Source of the DNA: a virus
Lineage: Duplodnaviria; Heunggongvirae; Uroviricota; Caudoviricetes
Reading direction: 5' to 3' (one strand)
Virus record (IMG/VR): IMGVR_UViG_2698536471_000005
Length of the DNA stretch: 10,192 nucleotides
Part shown: positions 1-7,090 of the stretch, piece by piece
Position numbering within the stretch: position 1 is the stretch's first letter
Layout of the letters: each line of letters opens with the position of its first letter
Made by a program: the position numbers and the translations under genes
Notes under the pieces: generated by a model
Databases searched by the model: none
What the model was told of the DNA's origin: nothing
Seen by the model: the letters and a program-made list of their open reading frames with translations, nothing else

Positions 1-600
1 GGCGGAAACCGCTCTGAACGTCTTGTCTGTTGCACTTTCCGGCTCAAAAGAAACCGTCAGGGTGGTTGTTTTCCCTTTTGCCACCGTACCGGATGTCGGC
101 GTCACCTTAATCGCACTGACCGGCGTAATTTTGCTGCGTTCTTCCGCTACAGAAGGTTTACCCACGTTAGTGACTTTCACCGTGCGGGTGATCACTTCTT
201 TCGCCGTCACGGCCTTACCGATACTGCTGACCCAGCCACGAAACACATCCACCGTGCCATTCGGAAAACGGATTTTATAGGCCCGGACATCGCCGCTTTC
301 AAACCAGCCTATAAGCCCTTTCTGGCCTTCCTCTCCCGGTTTCCAGGCCAGCGTAAAACTGGTATCACCTGCAGATTTCTGCCCCTGCCCGGTCGCGGTC
401 CAGTCCGCGTCTTCATCATCCAGGTAGTTATCATCGTAGGATTCTGCCGTCATCTCGCCCGGCGTCAGATCCTTCACCTTAGCCAGTCGCTGCCAGTCAT
501 CGTCTGACAACGGGTTTGCATAAGCGTCACCCTGACCGTTGTAAACCCACAGAGTGGTACCGGCACCTTTTACCGGCTCAAGGGGATTTGGTGTTGCCAT
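1..600 (-). CDS. V: Major tail protein V, N-terminal 200 codons (3' end lies beyond window start)
   Basis: ATG is reverse complement of 598-600, preceded by GAGGA. Translation [49 protein letters not shown]...[39 protein letters not shown] is open to position 1 and closely matches remembered lambda gpV. Absent from the ORF track because it has no stop inside the window. Confidence 0.88.
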   Translation of the reverse strand, partial: MATPNPLEPVKGAGTTLWVYNGQGDAYANPLSDDDWQRLAKVKDLTPGEMTAESYDDNYLDDEDADWTATGQGQKSAGDTSFTLAWKPGEEGQKGLIGWFESGDVRAYKIRFPNGTVDVFRGWVSSIGKAVTAKEVITRTVKVTNVGKPSVAEERSKITPVSAIKVTPTSGTVAKGKTTTLTVSFEPESATDKTFRAVSA

Positions 601-607
601 ATCGTCC

Positions 608-1003
608 TCACATCTCGTATGTAATGGAATAAGTCAGATCTGCAGAACTCCATAACGCCATATCGTCATCACGACGATACTCATAGCCCTGCGTAACCAT
701 CGTGGTAATCAGTCCTGCCAGTGCCGGGATCGCGGTCATCGCCGGGTAAATCCGGCTTTCCATCCACTGATCAAGCTCTGAATCCGGTACCTGTGCCGGT
801 AAAAACACCTCAATATGCAGCGTGGCCCGCCAGGTATCTGCATCCAGCTCTTCACCGGTATACTCTGCATCCGTCAGATAAACCGCGATCGCAGGAAAAT
901 CCTCTTCGTCAAAAACAACGGGGCGACCATCAAACAGCGTCGCCCCGTGTTCATGCTGCTCGAGTGCATCCAGCACTGCGGCACGAATGTCAGTGTGTTT
1001 CAT
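608..1003 (-). CDS. U: Tail terminator protein U
   Basis: 131-aa [61 protein letters not shown]...[22 protein letters not shown], near-identical in length and sequence to remembered lambda gpU (131 aa). Its start overlaps the Z stop by 4 nt. Confidence 0.93.
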   Translation of the reverse strand: MKHTDIRAAVLDALEQHEHGATLFDGRPVVFDEEDFPAIAVYLTDAEYTGEELDADTWRATLHIEVFLPAQVPDSELDQWMESRIYPAMTAIPALAGLITTMVTQGYEYRRDDDMALWSSADLTYSITYEM

Positions 1004-1533
1004 CGTTTTATTGCAATCCTCAGTTGTTGTTTCAGCGCGGATGCCAGTTCTTTAGGCAGGCGTTCACGCCGGATACGGTCAACATTCTCATCAAATGCCT
1101 GTTTCAGTGGGGCCGCCATCGGGATTTTCACCACATCAATGGGGTAACGGTTTTTCCCGGCCACACGCTGCATGACATGCCAGCGACCATTTTTTAATCG
1201 CTGAATAAATGCCCGCTGATACCGATGCTGACCGGCTTTAAGTATGCTGTCCGGACGACGCCCCGGCATCCTGATCCCCAGCTTAATCACAGGGAGATCA
1301 CCGCGGTTAACGATAATTCTGGCATTCGGATTTCTGACCGTCGCCCGTTTCAGTCTGGACCGTTCCTTAACCAGTTTCCGGCGAACCTTTGTCTCCCGGG
1401 CAACCTGTGATGAAGACTGATTAATCGCCGTTGTGGCCACGCGGTTAATGGCCATTGCTGAAGCCGCCGGAATGGCGTTTTTACGAACCCGACTCAGATT
1501 ATCAATCGCCTGCTCAAGCCCTTTTATCGCCAT
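1000..1533 (-). CDS. Z: Tail completion protein Z
   Basis: 177-aa ORF MAIKGLEQAIDNLSRVRKNAIPAASAMAINRVATTAINQSSSQVARETKVRRKLVKER...NGRWHVMQRVAGKNRYPIDVVKIPMA...RIRRERLPKEL, matching remembered lambda gpZ at both termini. It follows FII in lambda order. Confidence 0.92.
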   Translation of the reverse strand: MAIKGLEQAIDNLSRVRKNAIPAASAMAINRVATTAINQSSSQVARETKVRRKLVKERSRLKRATVRNPNARIIVNRGDLPVIKLGIRMPGRRPDSILKAGQHRYQRAFIQRLKNGRWHVMQRVAGKNRYPIDVVKIPMAAPLKQAFDENVDRIRRERLPKELASALKQQLRIAIKR

Positions 1534-1548
1534 AATTTCACCCTGCGT

Positions 1549-1902
1549 TTATCGTCGCCGGTTAACGGCGGGTGGTTTCCCACGGTTGAGCCAGAGATAA
1601 CAGCTGCCCCCGTCATCCGGAGAAACACGATCCACCCAGAACGTCTCACCATTAATGGTCAGCGTGTCACCACGCCGCACAGCACGAACCGTATCCGTCC
1701 GCACAAATAATGACGGGCTGCTTCCTTCAATACGGACCCCGCCACCGGCAAACCCCAGCGACTCCGGATCGTCAAAAACCCCCTGAACTTCGCTGCCACA
1801 CTGTGCCCCCGAGGTGAACTGCGCACAGAGCCCCATCACTTCAACAATCGTGCTGTCCACCCCGGCGAGGGCAGCATCAAAGGCATTCTGAAAATCACGC
1901 AT
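1549..1902 (-). CDS. FII: Head-tail joining protein FII
   Basis: 117-aa ORF MRDFQNAFDAALAGVDSTIVE...GVFDDPESLGFAGGGVRIEGSSPSLFVRTDTVRAVRRGDTLTINGETFWVDRVSPDDGGSCYLWLNRGKPPAVNRRR, same length as and highly similar to remembered lambda gpFII. Confidence 0.93.
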   Translation of the reverse strand: MRDFQNAFDAALAGVDSTIVEVMGLCAQFTSGAQCGSEVQGVFDDPESLGFAGGGVRIEGSSPSLFVRTDTVRAVRRGDTLTINGETFWVDRVSPDDGGSCYLWLNRGKPPAVNRRR

Positions 1903-2278
1903 GCTCAGCCGTTCCGTGCTGTATCATGGCTGTCGCCAGTGGTGATGGCACCAGAACACGCATGCCCCGGTACGTCAGTTCAACGGGACGGCCTGTCTCC
2001 GGGCAATACCCCATCACATGCAGGCATTTCCGCACACGGACCGCTTTAACATCATCCGTAGCATCAGTGTTGTGCAACTGCTCACCATCGTCTGTGTGAT
2101 TTTGCTCAGGCCCGCTCTCATCACCAGGCATAATGCCCTCCCGGGAAGCAGCAAGCTCCTCTTCCCACTCAGACACACGTTGCGCAATATCCGCAGCACT
2201 CCCCGACATATCCGCCTCGCGCCCCAGCAGGCCAGCCAGTTGACGAAGACGTTTCTGATTTTCTTCTTTTGTTGCCAT
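1895..2278 (-). CDS. FI: DNA-packaging protein FI (N-terminal domain lambda-like, C-terminal domain divergent)
   Basis: Start chosen at the internal ATG (reverse complement of 2276-2278), preceded by a purine-rich CAGGGGGCTGAT. This gives MATKEENQKRLRQLAGLLGREADMSGSAADIAQRVSEWEEEL, resembling the lambda gpFI N-terminus MTKDELIARLRSLGEQLNRDV...RVAELKEEL, followed by an acidic linker. The track ORF start at 2326 has no RBS and would run through the intergenic hairpin. The C-terminal roughly 45 aa do not resemble lambda FI as I recall it. Confidence 0.75.
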   Translation of the reverse strand: MATKEENQKRLRQLAGLLGREADMSGSAADIAQRVSEWEEELAASREGIMPGDESGPEQNHTDDGEQLHNTDATDDVKAVRVRKCLHVMGYCPETGRPVELTYRGMRVLVPSPLATAMIQHGTAEHA

Positions 2279-2291
2279 ATCAGCCCCCTGT

Positions 2292-2321
2292 GAAAAAAGA
2301 CACGGGGGCATTTCGCCCCCG
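2292..2321 (-). terminator. Intergenic GC hairpin plus U-tract downstream of capsid gene E (leaky terminator or mRNA-stabilising stem-loop)
   Basis: Minus-strand RNA reads C-GGGGGC-GAAAU-GCCCCC-G, a 6-7 bp G:C stem with a 5-nt loop from 2303-2321. It is followed after GUGUC by UUUUUU (plus-strand A-run 2293-2298). It sits between the E stop (2330-2332) and the FI start. Confidence 0.35.
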
Positions 2322-2329
2322 CTCACGGA

Positions 2330-3358
2330 TTATTTCACCTGCACCACCACAAACTCATCCGGATCCGGCAGCACCATCAGCGGTGCGGACTGCGTCATGG
2401 TAAATTCACGGGCCGGATCGCCCACGGTCAGCCAGTGTTTCGGGTAACGGGAAGAAGCCACCACACCTTCGGACAACGCCTGCGCATCCTGAATGGCACC
2501 GTAACAACGGATCCCATCTGCAGCCGTATTTCCCAGGACCAGCGTGCCCTCCGGCAGATAACGTTTTTCGGTACCGTCCTCTGCCACATAAGACGTTTTC
2601 GCCACCACAATGGCCAGATCGCCGTAATACCCTTTGAAAGACACCACCGCCCCCAGGTCTTTCACTGCCGTTTCGAGTTGTGAATTTGAGCCGCGACGGG
2701 TATCCAGTTTTTCGCGGAACAGCTTAAAGCCATTCAGCAGACGCCAGACAGTACCGTCCATAATGGCGATATTCACAAGACCGCTGGCCTGATCGCAGTA
2801 GAGGTCAATATCATGCGTCGGATCAAACGTATCACGGTCCTGCTCAGACCATTTTTTACCGTCAGCCTGCTCAATGTTATTTCCTTCAGAGCGTCCAAAA
2901 TCCACCTCAACCGTGTCAAACTGATCCCCTTCCATGGTGTATTTGCCATACAGCACGGCATTCACCGCCTGCATTTCTTCCACCTGGACAATGGCATGCT
3001 CTTCCTGTTTGAGGTTATCGGTGATGATACGCAGACGACGGTAGGCCGGGTCGTTCAGTTGAGCCGGATCTTCACCGGGAAGACGCTCAACCGCCTGCTG
3101 GTAATTAAATTCGTGTTTCGGCTTGACGTAGCCCGGACGTAACACGCGGGTTTCACCACCGCGATGACGCAGCACTTTTCCTTCAACAACCGGGGAGACA
3201 TAGGCCGCCACCGGCGTTTTTCCGGTAATTTTGTCCAGCATCACCTCTTCGGTATGGAAATTCACCGTACGGCGGAAAAACAGCTCCAGAAACAGCGCAC
3301 GAAATTTCACTTTTTGTTCGGTATAACCGAGTAACTGGCGGGTCGTAAACAATCCCAT
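2330..3358 (-). CDS. E: Major capsid protein E
   Basis: 342-aa ORF containing LFLELFFR, PGYVKPKHE, VQVEEMQAVNAVLYGKYTM, KLDTRRGSNSQLETAVKDLG, YPKHWLTVGDPAREFTMTQSAPLMVLPDPDEFVVVQ, collinear with remembered lambda gpE (341 aa). AAAGGAAC lies 7 nt upstream of the ATG. Confidence 0.95.
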   Translation of the reverse strand: MGLFTTRQLLGYTEQKVKFRALFLELFFRRTVNFHTEEVMLDKITGKTPVAAYVSPVVEGKVLRHRGGETRVLRPGYVKPKHEFNYQQAVERLPGEDPAQLNDPAYRRLRIITDNLKQEEHAIVQVEEMQAVNAVLYGKYTMEGDQFDTVEVDFGRSEGNNIEQADGKKWSEQDRDTFDPTHDIDLYCDQASGLVNIAIMDGTVWRLLNGFKLFREKLDTRRGSNSQLETAVKDLGAVVSFKGYYGDLAIVVAKTSYVAEDGTEKRYLPEGTLVLGNTAADGIRCYGAIQDAQALSEGVVASSRYPKHWLTVGDPAREFTMTQSAPLMVLPDPDEFVVVQVK

Positions 3359-3387
3359 AAATCAGTTCCTTTCATTCAGAAATCAGT

Positions 3388-3407
3388 CAGGCCACCGCGG
3401 TGGCCTG
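3388..3407. other. Perfect 20-nt palindrome / hairpin in D-E intergenic spacer
   Basis: caggccaccgcggtggcctg is an 8-bp perfect stem (CAGGCCAC/GTGGCCTG) with a CGCG loop. It lies in the 57-nt gap between the D stop (3416) and the E start (3358). In lambda, as I recall, D and E are almost abutting. Confidence 0.4.
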
Positions 3408-3415
3408 ATAACGTG

Positions 3416-3763
3416 TTACGGCAGCGCCGCGTGACTCAGGGCACTGCCGGCAAAGGCATTTGCCTTTTTGTGTTCATCCACACTGTCAGGCCAGCGGATT
3501 GCCTCCGTCGCAAAGGTCCCCGACTTGTAATACGTCAGTACCGTCTCTGTGCCTTCAAGCGGCAGTACCAGTATGCCAACCGCACTACCGGCTTTCTGTC
3601 CGTCCCAGACCACCAGTTTCCCGGTAGCTTCATCCAGCATCAGGGGCGTCAGTGCCGGTGTTGCCGAGGAAATCCCGCTGCTGCCTGTGGCGGTATGAGC
3701 CGGATCATTACCGGCAAAAATACGTACTTCCGCACGCTGTTCAGTGATGGTTTTCGTTACCAT
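3416..3763 (-). CDS. D: Head decoration protein D
   Basis: 115-aa ORF with NDPAHTATG, TPLMLDEATGKLVVWDGQKAGSAVGIL, TYYKSGTF, KANAFAGSA, matching remembered lambda gpD (110 aa). AGGAGG lies upstream of the ATG. Confidence 0.93.
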   Translation of the reverse strand: MVTKTITEQRAEVRIFAGNDPAHTATGSSGISSATPALTPLMLDEATGKLVVWDGQKAGSAVGILVLPLEGTETVLTYYKSGTFATEAIRWPDSVDEHKKANAFAGSALSHAALP

Positions 3764-3799
3764 ATTGTAAAAACCTCCTGTTGATGGTCAGCACTGACT

Positions 3800-4402
3800 T
3801 CATGGCATAGCCATGAGCATTTTCACGTCCGCATCACCGTCTGCTGACGTCTGTGGCACGCCACCCTGTACCGCTGCCGGTGAATGGTTCGCCATGATGC
3901 GTTCAAACAGGGCGGTTGTGGATGCAGAGACCGGTTCTGCCTTACCTGATCCCGCAGCCAGCACAGCCCGGGCGCTCTCCACAGTCATTCCCGGGCAGGC
4001 AGCCAGCTGTTCAGCCTGCGCCTCAGCCCCTTTTGCCTCATCCAGTGCCATGATCTGATCACGGAGTGAGGGTCCGGCATCCGCCTGCGGTGAAGCAGCC
4101 AGGATCGGGCGGGCTTTTTCCACCGTCATCTCCGGCATCGCCGCCAGCGTTGCCGCCAGTTGTTCACGACCGTTCGCTTCTTCACACGCCATAATGCGAT
4201 CGGCTTCACTCTGCGTGGATGCCACCGGCTGCTGCGGTGCCGCCGCGGCCAGAATCGCCCGGGCCTGTTCAACGCTCATGCCCTGTTGTCCTGCCAGCAT
4301 CGTGGCAAGCTGTTCACGTCCTTTCGCTTCCTGGCATGTCAGGATCCCCATCACTCGCTGGTTCTCCTGCGCGGCGGCTTCCGTTGCAGTTAATTGCGGC
4401 AT
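3800..4402 (-). CDS. Nu3: Scaffolding protein Nu3 (in-frame internal start within C)
   Basis: Internal ATG (reverse complement of 4400-4402) preceded by a strong SD, AGGAGGCACT-ATG. Translation MPQLTATEAAAQENQRVMGILTCQEAKGRE... matches the position and sequence of lambda Nu3 (MTKETQS...ENSRIMGILNCEEAHGRE), which in lambda is translated in-frame from within C. Confidence 0.7.
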   Translation of the reverse strand: MPQLTATEAAAQENQRVMGILTCQEAKGREQLATMLAGQQGMSVEQARAILAAAAPQQPVASTQSEADRIMACEEANGREQLAATLAAMPEMTVEKARPILAASPQADAGPSLRDQIMALDEAKGAEAQAEQLAACPGMTVESARAVLAAGSGKAEPVSASTTALFERIMANHSPAAVQGGVPQTSADGDADVKMLMAMP

Positions 4403-5305
4403 AGTGCCTCCTCTGACATTACTGTTCAGCGCCGTGGCCATCACACTGATGGCATCCGACGCATTGACTAATTCATCCGCCAGCCCGGCATCAATGCCGG
4501 ACTGACCTTCAAAAACGGCGGCCTCTGTTCCCGTGACGGCATCAACAGACAGACCGGTAAACATGGCCACTTTTTCGGCAAACATCCGGCGCGCCGCATC
4601 AATGCGCTGCTGCATGTCCTGGCGAACCTCTGCCGGTAAGGCTTCAAACTGATTGCCATCCACCTTGTGCGCCCCTGAGTAAATCAGCGTGATATCCACA
4701 CCGGCCTGCGCCAGATGACCGGCATAGCTGACATGGCTCATCATCACGCCAATGGAGCCGATACGGGATGTCTGGGTAACCAGCCGTCGGGAGCAGGCCG
4801 ACGCCAGCAGCATGGCTGCAGAACAGGCCGTGTCATTGCACAGTGCCCAGACCGGCTTCTGCTGACGGAGGCGGTAAATCATGTCAGCGCAGTCAAACGC
4901 GCCGGCGGCCTGCCCGCCCGGACTGTCAATGTCCAGCAGTACGCCCCGCACCTGGCTATCCGCCATTGCCTGCTGAAGACAGGCGACAATGCCGTCATAG
5001 CCTGTCATTCCGGAAAATGGCCGCATACCCCCCAGCCGGTACACCAGCGTGCCGGTCACCGGCAGTACAGCAATACCGTTCACCACCCGGTAAACACGGG
5101 CCGGTCGTTTACCTCCGGCCATGTACTCGTCCGTTTCAGCCAGCATTCCGGGAGCATCAAGCTGTACCTGCTGCTGTGGTACCGAAAGACTTGCTGCCCC
5201 CATCTCGCGCCCGAGCGCGCAAAAGAAAACCCGCGCATAGGCGGGCTCCAGAAGCAGCGGTTCATTGAATGCTGCGGCAATAATGTGTGAAAGATTACGT
5301 CTCAC
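3800..5305 (-). CDS. C: Prohead protease / scaffold protein C (S49-type, ClpP-like), lengthened by internal repeats
   Basis: 501-aa ORF. N-terminal roughly 300 aa are collinear with remembered lambda gpC (AFNEPLLLEPAYARVFFCAL, NGIAVLPVTGTLV, SGMTGY, GAFDCADMI, KPVWAL, SRRLVTQTSRIGSIGVMMSH, ITLIYSGAHKVDGN, EAAVFEGQSGIDAGLADELVN). The C-terminal part carries three copies of the motif present once in lambda. Start overlaps the B stop. Confidence 0.92.
   Translation of the reverse strand: MRRNLSHIIAAAFNEPLLLEPAYARVFFCALGREMGAASLSVPQQQVQLDAPGMLAETDEYMAGGKRPARVYRVVNGIAVLPVTGTLVYRLGGMRPFSGMTGYDGIVACLQQAMADSQVRGVLLDIDSPGGQAAGAFDCADMIYRLRQQKPVWALCNDTACSAAMLLASACSRRLVTQTSRIGSIGVMMSHVSYAGHLAQAGVDITLIYSGAHKVDGNQFEALPAEVRQDMQQRIDAARRMFAEKVAMFTGLSVDAVTGTEAAVFEGQSGIDAGLADELVNASDAISVMATALNSNVRGGTMPQLTATEAAAQENQRVMGILTCQEAKGREQLATMLAGQQGMSVEQARAILAAAAPQQPVASTQSEADRIMACEEANGREQLAATLAAMPEMTVEKARPILAASPQADAGPSLRDQIMALDEAKGAEAQAEQLAACPGMTVESARAVLAAGSGKAEPVSASTTALFERIMANHSPAAVQGGVPQTSADGDADVKMLMAMP
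3917..4357 (-). repeat. Three degenerate tandem repeats (about 140-160 nt, 47-53 aa each) inside C/Nu3
   Basis: Protein-level repeats: RVMGILTCQEAKGREQLATMLAGQQGMSVEQARAILAAA / RIMACEEANGREQLAATLAAMPEMTVEKARPILAAS / QIMALDEAKGAEAQAEQLAACPGMTVESARAVLAAG. The DNA shows recurring cagc(t/g)gttcacg(a/t)cc(g/t)ttcgcttc. Lambda gpC/Nu3 as I recall has one copy (RIMGILNCEEAHGREEQARVLAETPGMTVKTARRILAAA). Boundaries are approximate. Confidence 0.7.
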
Positions 5306-6887
5306 GGGGTGTTGTCTCCTCTTCCGGCCTGCGACTCTCCGCTATCTGCTGCTGATACGCCTGCGCTATCCACACCGGACGTGAGAGTCCGGCTTTTTGC
5401 CGCTCTGCAGATTCCCTGACCTGCTGGCGGAAAATGTCCTGATAATCCTCGCCCATCAGCGCCAGCTCTTTCTCATACGTGCTCAGTCCGGCCTCAATGC
5501 GCATCACCGATTCCTGAACCTCCTTGAGCCCGTCAATGGCCATTCTTCCGGCACCAATCCACTCTGCCCGTGACCAGGCTGATCGCGCCTGATAAAAATC
5601 AAAACGCGCCCGTGGCGGACGGATAATCCCCCGAAGAAGTGCCTCTTCCAGCCAGCAGGAAAACATCTGCGTGGCCAGCCGGGCCGCAATAAATTTTCGC
5701 CGCCCCATAAAATAGCGCCACGACTCATTGGCAGAGGCCCTGGCACTTGAATAACTGACCTTCGAGTAATCACGGGACAACTGTTCGTAGGAAACGCCAA
5801 GACCGGCGGCGATATACCGCAGCAGCGCCTGTTCAAGCGCCGAAAATCCATTGTCTGAATCCTGCGCAGTCTGTAGTTTCAGATCATCCCCGGGGAAAAG
5901 GTGCGGAATTTTGACACCACCCAGCGTCACGTTATTCGTGTCATACCAGCTGGAGAACTTCTCCAGAATATTAATAAGCGGATTATCCTTCTGCCCCTGC
6001 GGCGCACCGGCGATATATTCAAAGGCCTTTTCGGTATCAAGGTCACTTTCAATCGTCGCTGCATACATGGCTTTCACAATGGCCGACTGAAGCTGTGTTG
6101 CCTGCAGGGAATCGAGCATCTTCAGCCGTTCCATGACGCTGTAAAACTGGTTGGCCCCACGGGTCTGCCCGTCCTCCACCGGCTCGAAAATATGCAGCAT
6201 GGCCGGACGCCCGGTGGGAAGTTCACGCGGGATCCGTTCCCATCGTCCACTCCCGAAGCGAGGAAAATCATCCTCACAGATATGGTACGCAACGGCACGG
6301 CCATATCGATCGACCTCCACCCCGGCCCGCAGAAAACGGTTCCCCATACCGTGTCCTGGCGTGTCCACCCGTTTCGGACTCACGGCTTTAAAACGCGTAC
6401 GGAATAACTGCGTGGTTTCCGTATCCCAGACCGGCTGCACAAAGATTTCGCCGTTAAACGCATGAACGCCCACACCTTCACGGATAAATTCCGTGAACGT
6501 GCGTTTTCCTTCCACGTCGATCTCGCCAGACATCCCTTCGGCGTATTCCGACCAGGCCGCCTCCACCTCATCGACAAAGCTTTTTGCTGCGGTCTCCCGC
6601 ATCCCCAGCCAGCGCCAGTTCGGACGGTAGCTGATAAGAAACATATGCCCGACAATGTGATCCTTATGCAGTGCCACCGCATTGGCCGCTATTCCGTTAT
6701 TGCGCACCAGATCATCTGCCCGGGCATTCCCCAGACGCAACGCGGGCAGCAGGGCCGCATCGGCACTCTGCGCCGGTGGCAACCACTCCGCCATTTGCCC
6801 GCCAAATCCTGCACCGCCCCCGTTGTAGCTGAGACTCTCACGAAGCGGAACGCCGTTCACATCAATCAGGACAGGCGTTCGTTTCAT
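5295..6887 (-). CDS. B: Portal protein B
   Basis: 530-aa ORF with GGGAGFGGQ, NARADDLVRNNG, FEPVEDGQTRGANQFYSVMERLKMLDSLQATQLQSAIVKAMYAATIES, LLRYIAAGLGVSYEQLSRDYS, GRMAIDGLKEVQESVMRIEAGLSTYEKE, collinear with remembered lambda gpB (533 aa). ATGA overlap with the W stop. Confidence 0.95.
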   Translation of the reverse strand: MKRTPVLIDVNGVPLRESLSYNGGGAGFGGQMAEWLPPAQSADAALLPALRLGNARADDLVRNNGIAANAVALHKDHIVGHMFLISYRPNWRWLGMRETAAKSFVDEVEAAWSEYAEGMSGEIDVEGKRTFTEFIREGVGVHAFNGEIFVQPVWDTETTQLFRTRFKAVSPKRVDTPGHGMGNRFLRAGVEVDRYGRAVAYHICEDDFPRFGSGRWERIPRELPTGRPAMLHIFEPVEDGQTRGANQFYSVMERLKMLDSLQATQLQSAIVKAMYAATIESDLDTEKAFEYIAGAPQGQKDNPLINILEKFSSWYDTNNVTLGGVKIPHLFPGDDLKLQTAQDSDNGFSALEQALLRYIAAGLGVSYEQLSRDYSKVSYSSARASANESWRYFMGRRKFIAARLATQMFSCWLEEALLRGIIRPPRARFDFYQARSAWSRAEWIGAGRMAIDGLKEVQESVMRIEAGLSTYEKELALMGEDYQDIFRQQVRESAERQKAGLSRPVWIAQAYQQQIAESRRPEEETTPRET

Positions 6888-7090
6888 AACCTCACTCCCA
6901 GCGGACGACGGCGACGCCGGGTTGTCCCCAGTACCGACTCCGCATCATTGATCGCCCGGTTAAGCTCATCCAGAGAAGCCGCCGTATATTCAATTCTGCG
7001 ACCATCTTTCTGGACAGACACCACCCGTTTACCGGTTAATAAATCAAGGCGCGCCTGACGCAGCGCCTGCAGTTCAGCGACTGTAACCAT
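6884..7090 (-). CDS. W: Head-tail joining (head completion) protein W
   Basis: 68-aa ORF MVTVAELQALRQARLDLLTGKRVVSVQKDGRRIEYTAASLDEL...RRRRRP, same length as and similar to remembered lambda gpW ([39 protein letters not shown]...). Confidence 0.9.
   Translation of the reverse strand: MVTVAELQALRQARLDLLTGKRVVSVQKDGRRIEYTAASLDELNRAINDAESVLGTTRRRRRPLGVRL

Noticed and set aside
721-1197. 158-aa and 110-aa plus-strand ORFs (721..1197, 815..1147) overlapping U and Z
   Set aside because: They are antisense to confidently identified U and Z genes, have Arg/Pro/His-rich low-complexity translations typical of the reverse strand of GC-rich coding DNA, and lack an RBS.
2279-2326. Longer FI start at 2326 (MSGGEMPPCLFSQGAD...)
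   Set aside because: It would begin 3 nt after the E stop with no SD and read through the G:C hairpin. The ATG at 2278 gives an N-terminus resembling lambda FI. Uncertain, hence the reduced confidence on FI.
4715-5290. 191-aa and 141-aa plus-strand ORFs (4715..5290, 4843..5268) inside C
   Set aside because: Antisense to the well-supported protease/scaffold gene C. The composition (R, G, H, C, P-rich) is non-protein-like and there is no recognisable homology.
5901-7058. Plus-strand ORFs 5901..6407, 6151..6465 and 6462..7058 (up to 198 aa) inside B and W
   Set aside because: All are antisense to portal B and W, which align end to end with lambda. They are frame-shadow ORFs without start context.
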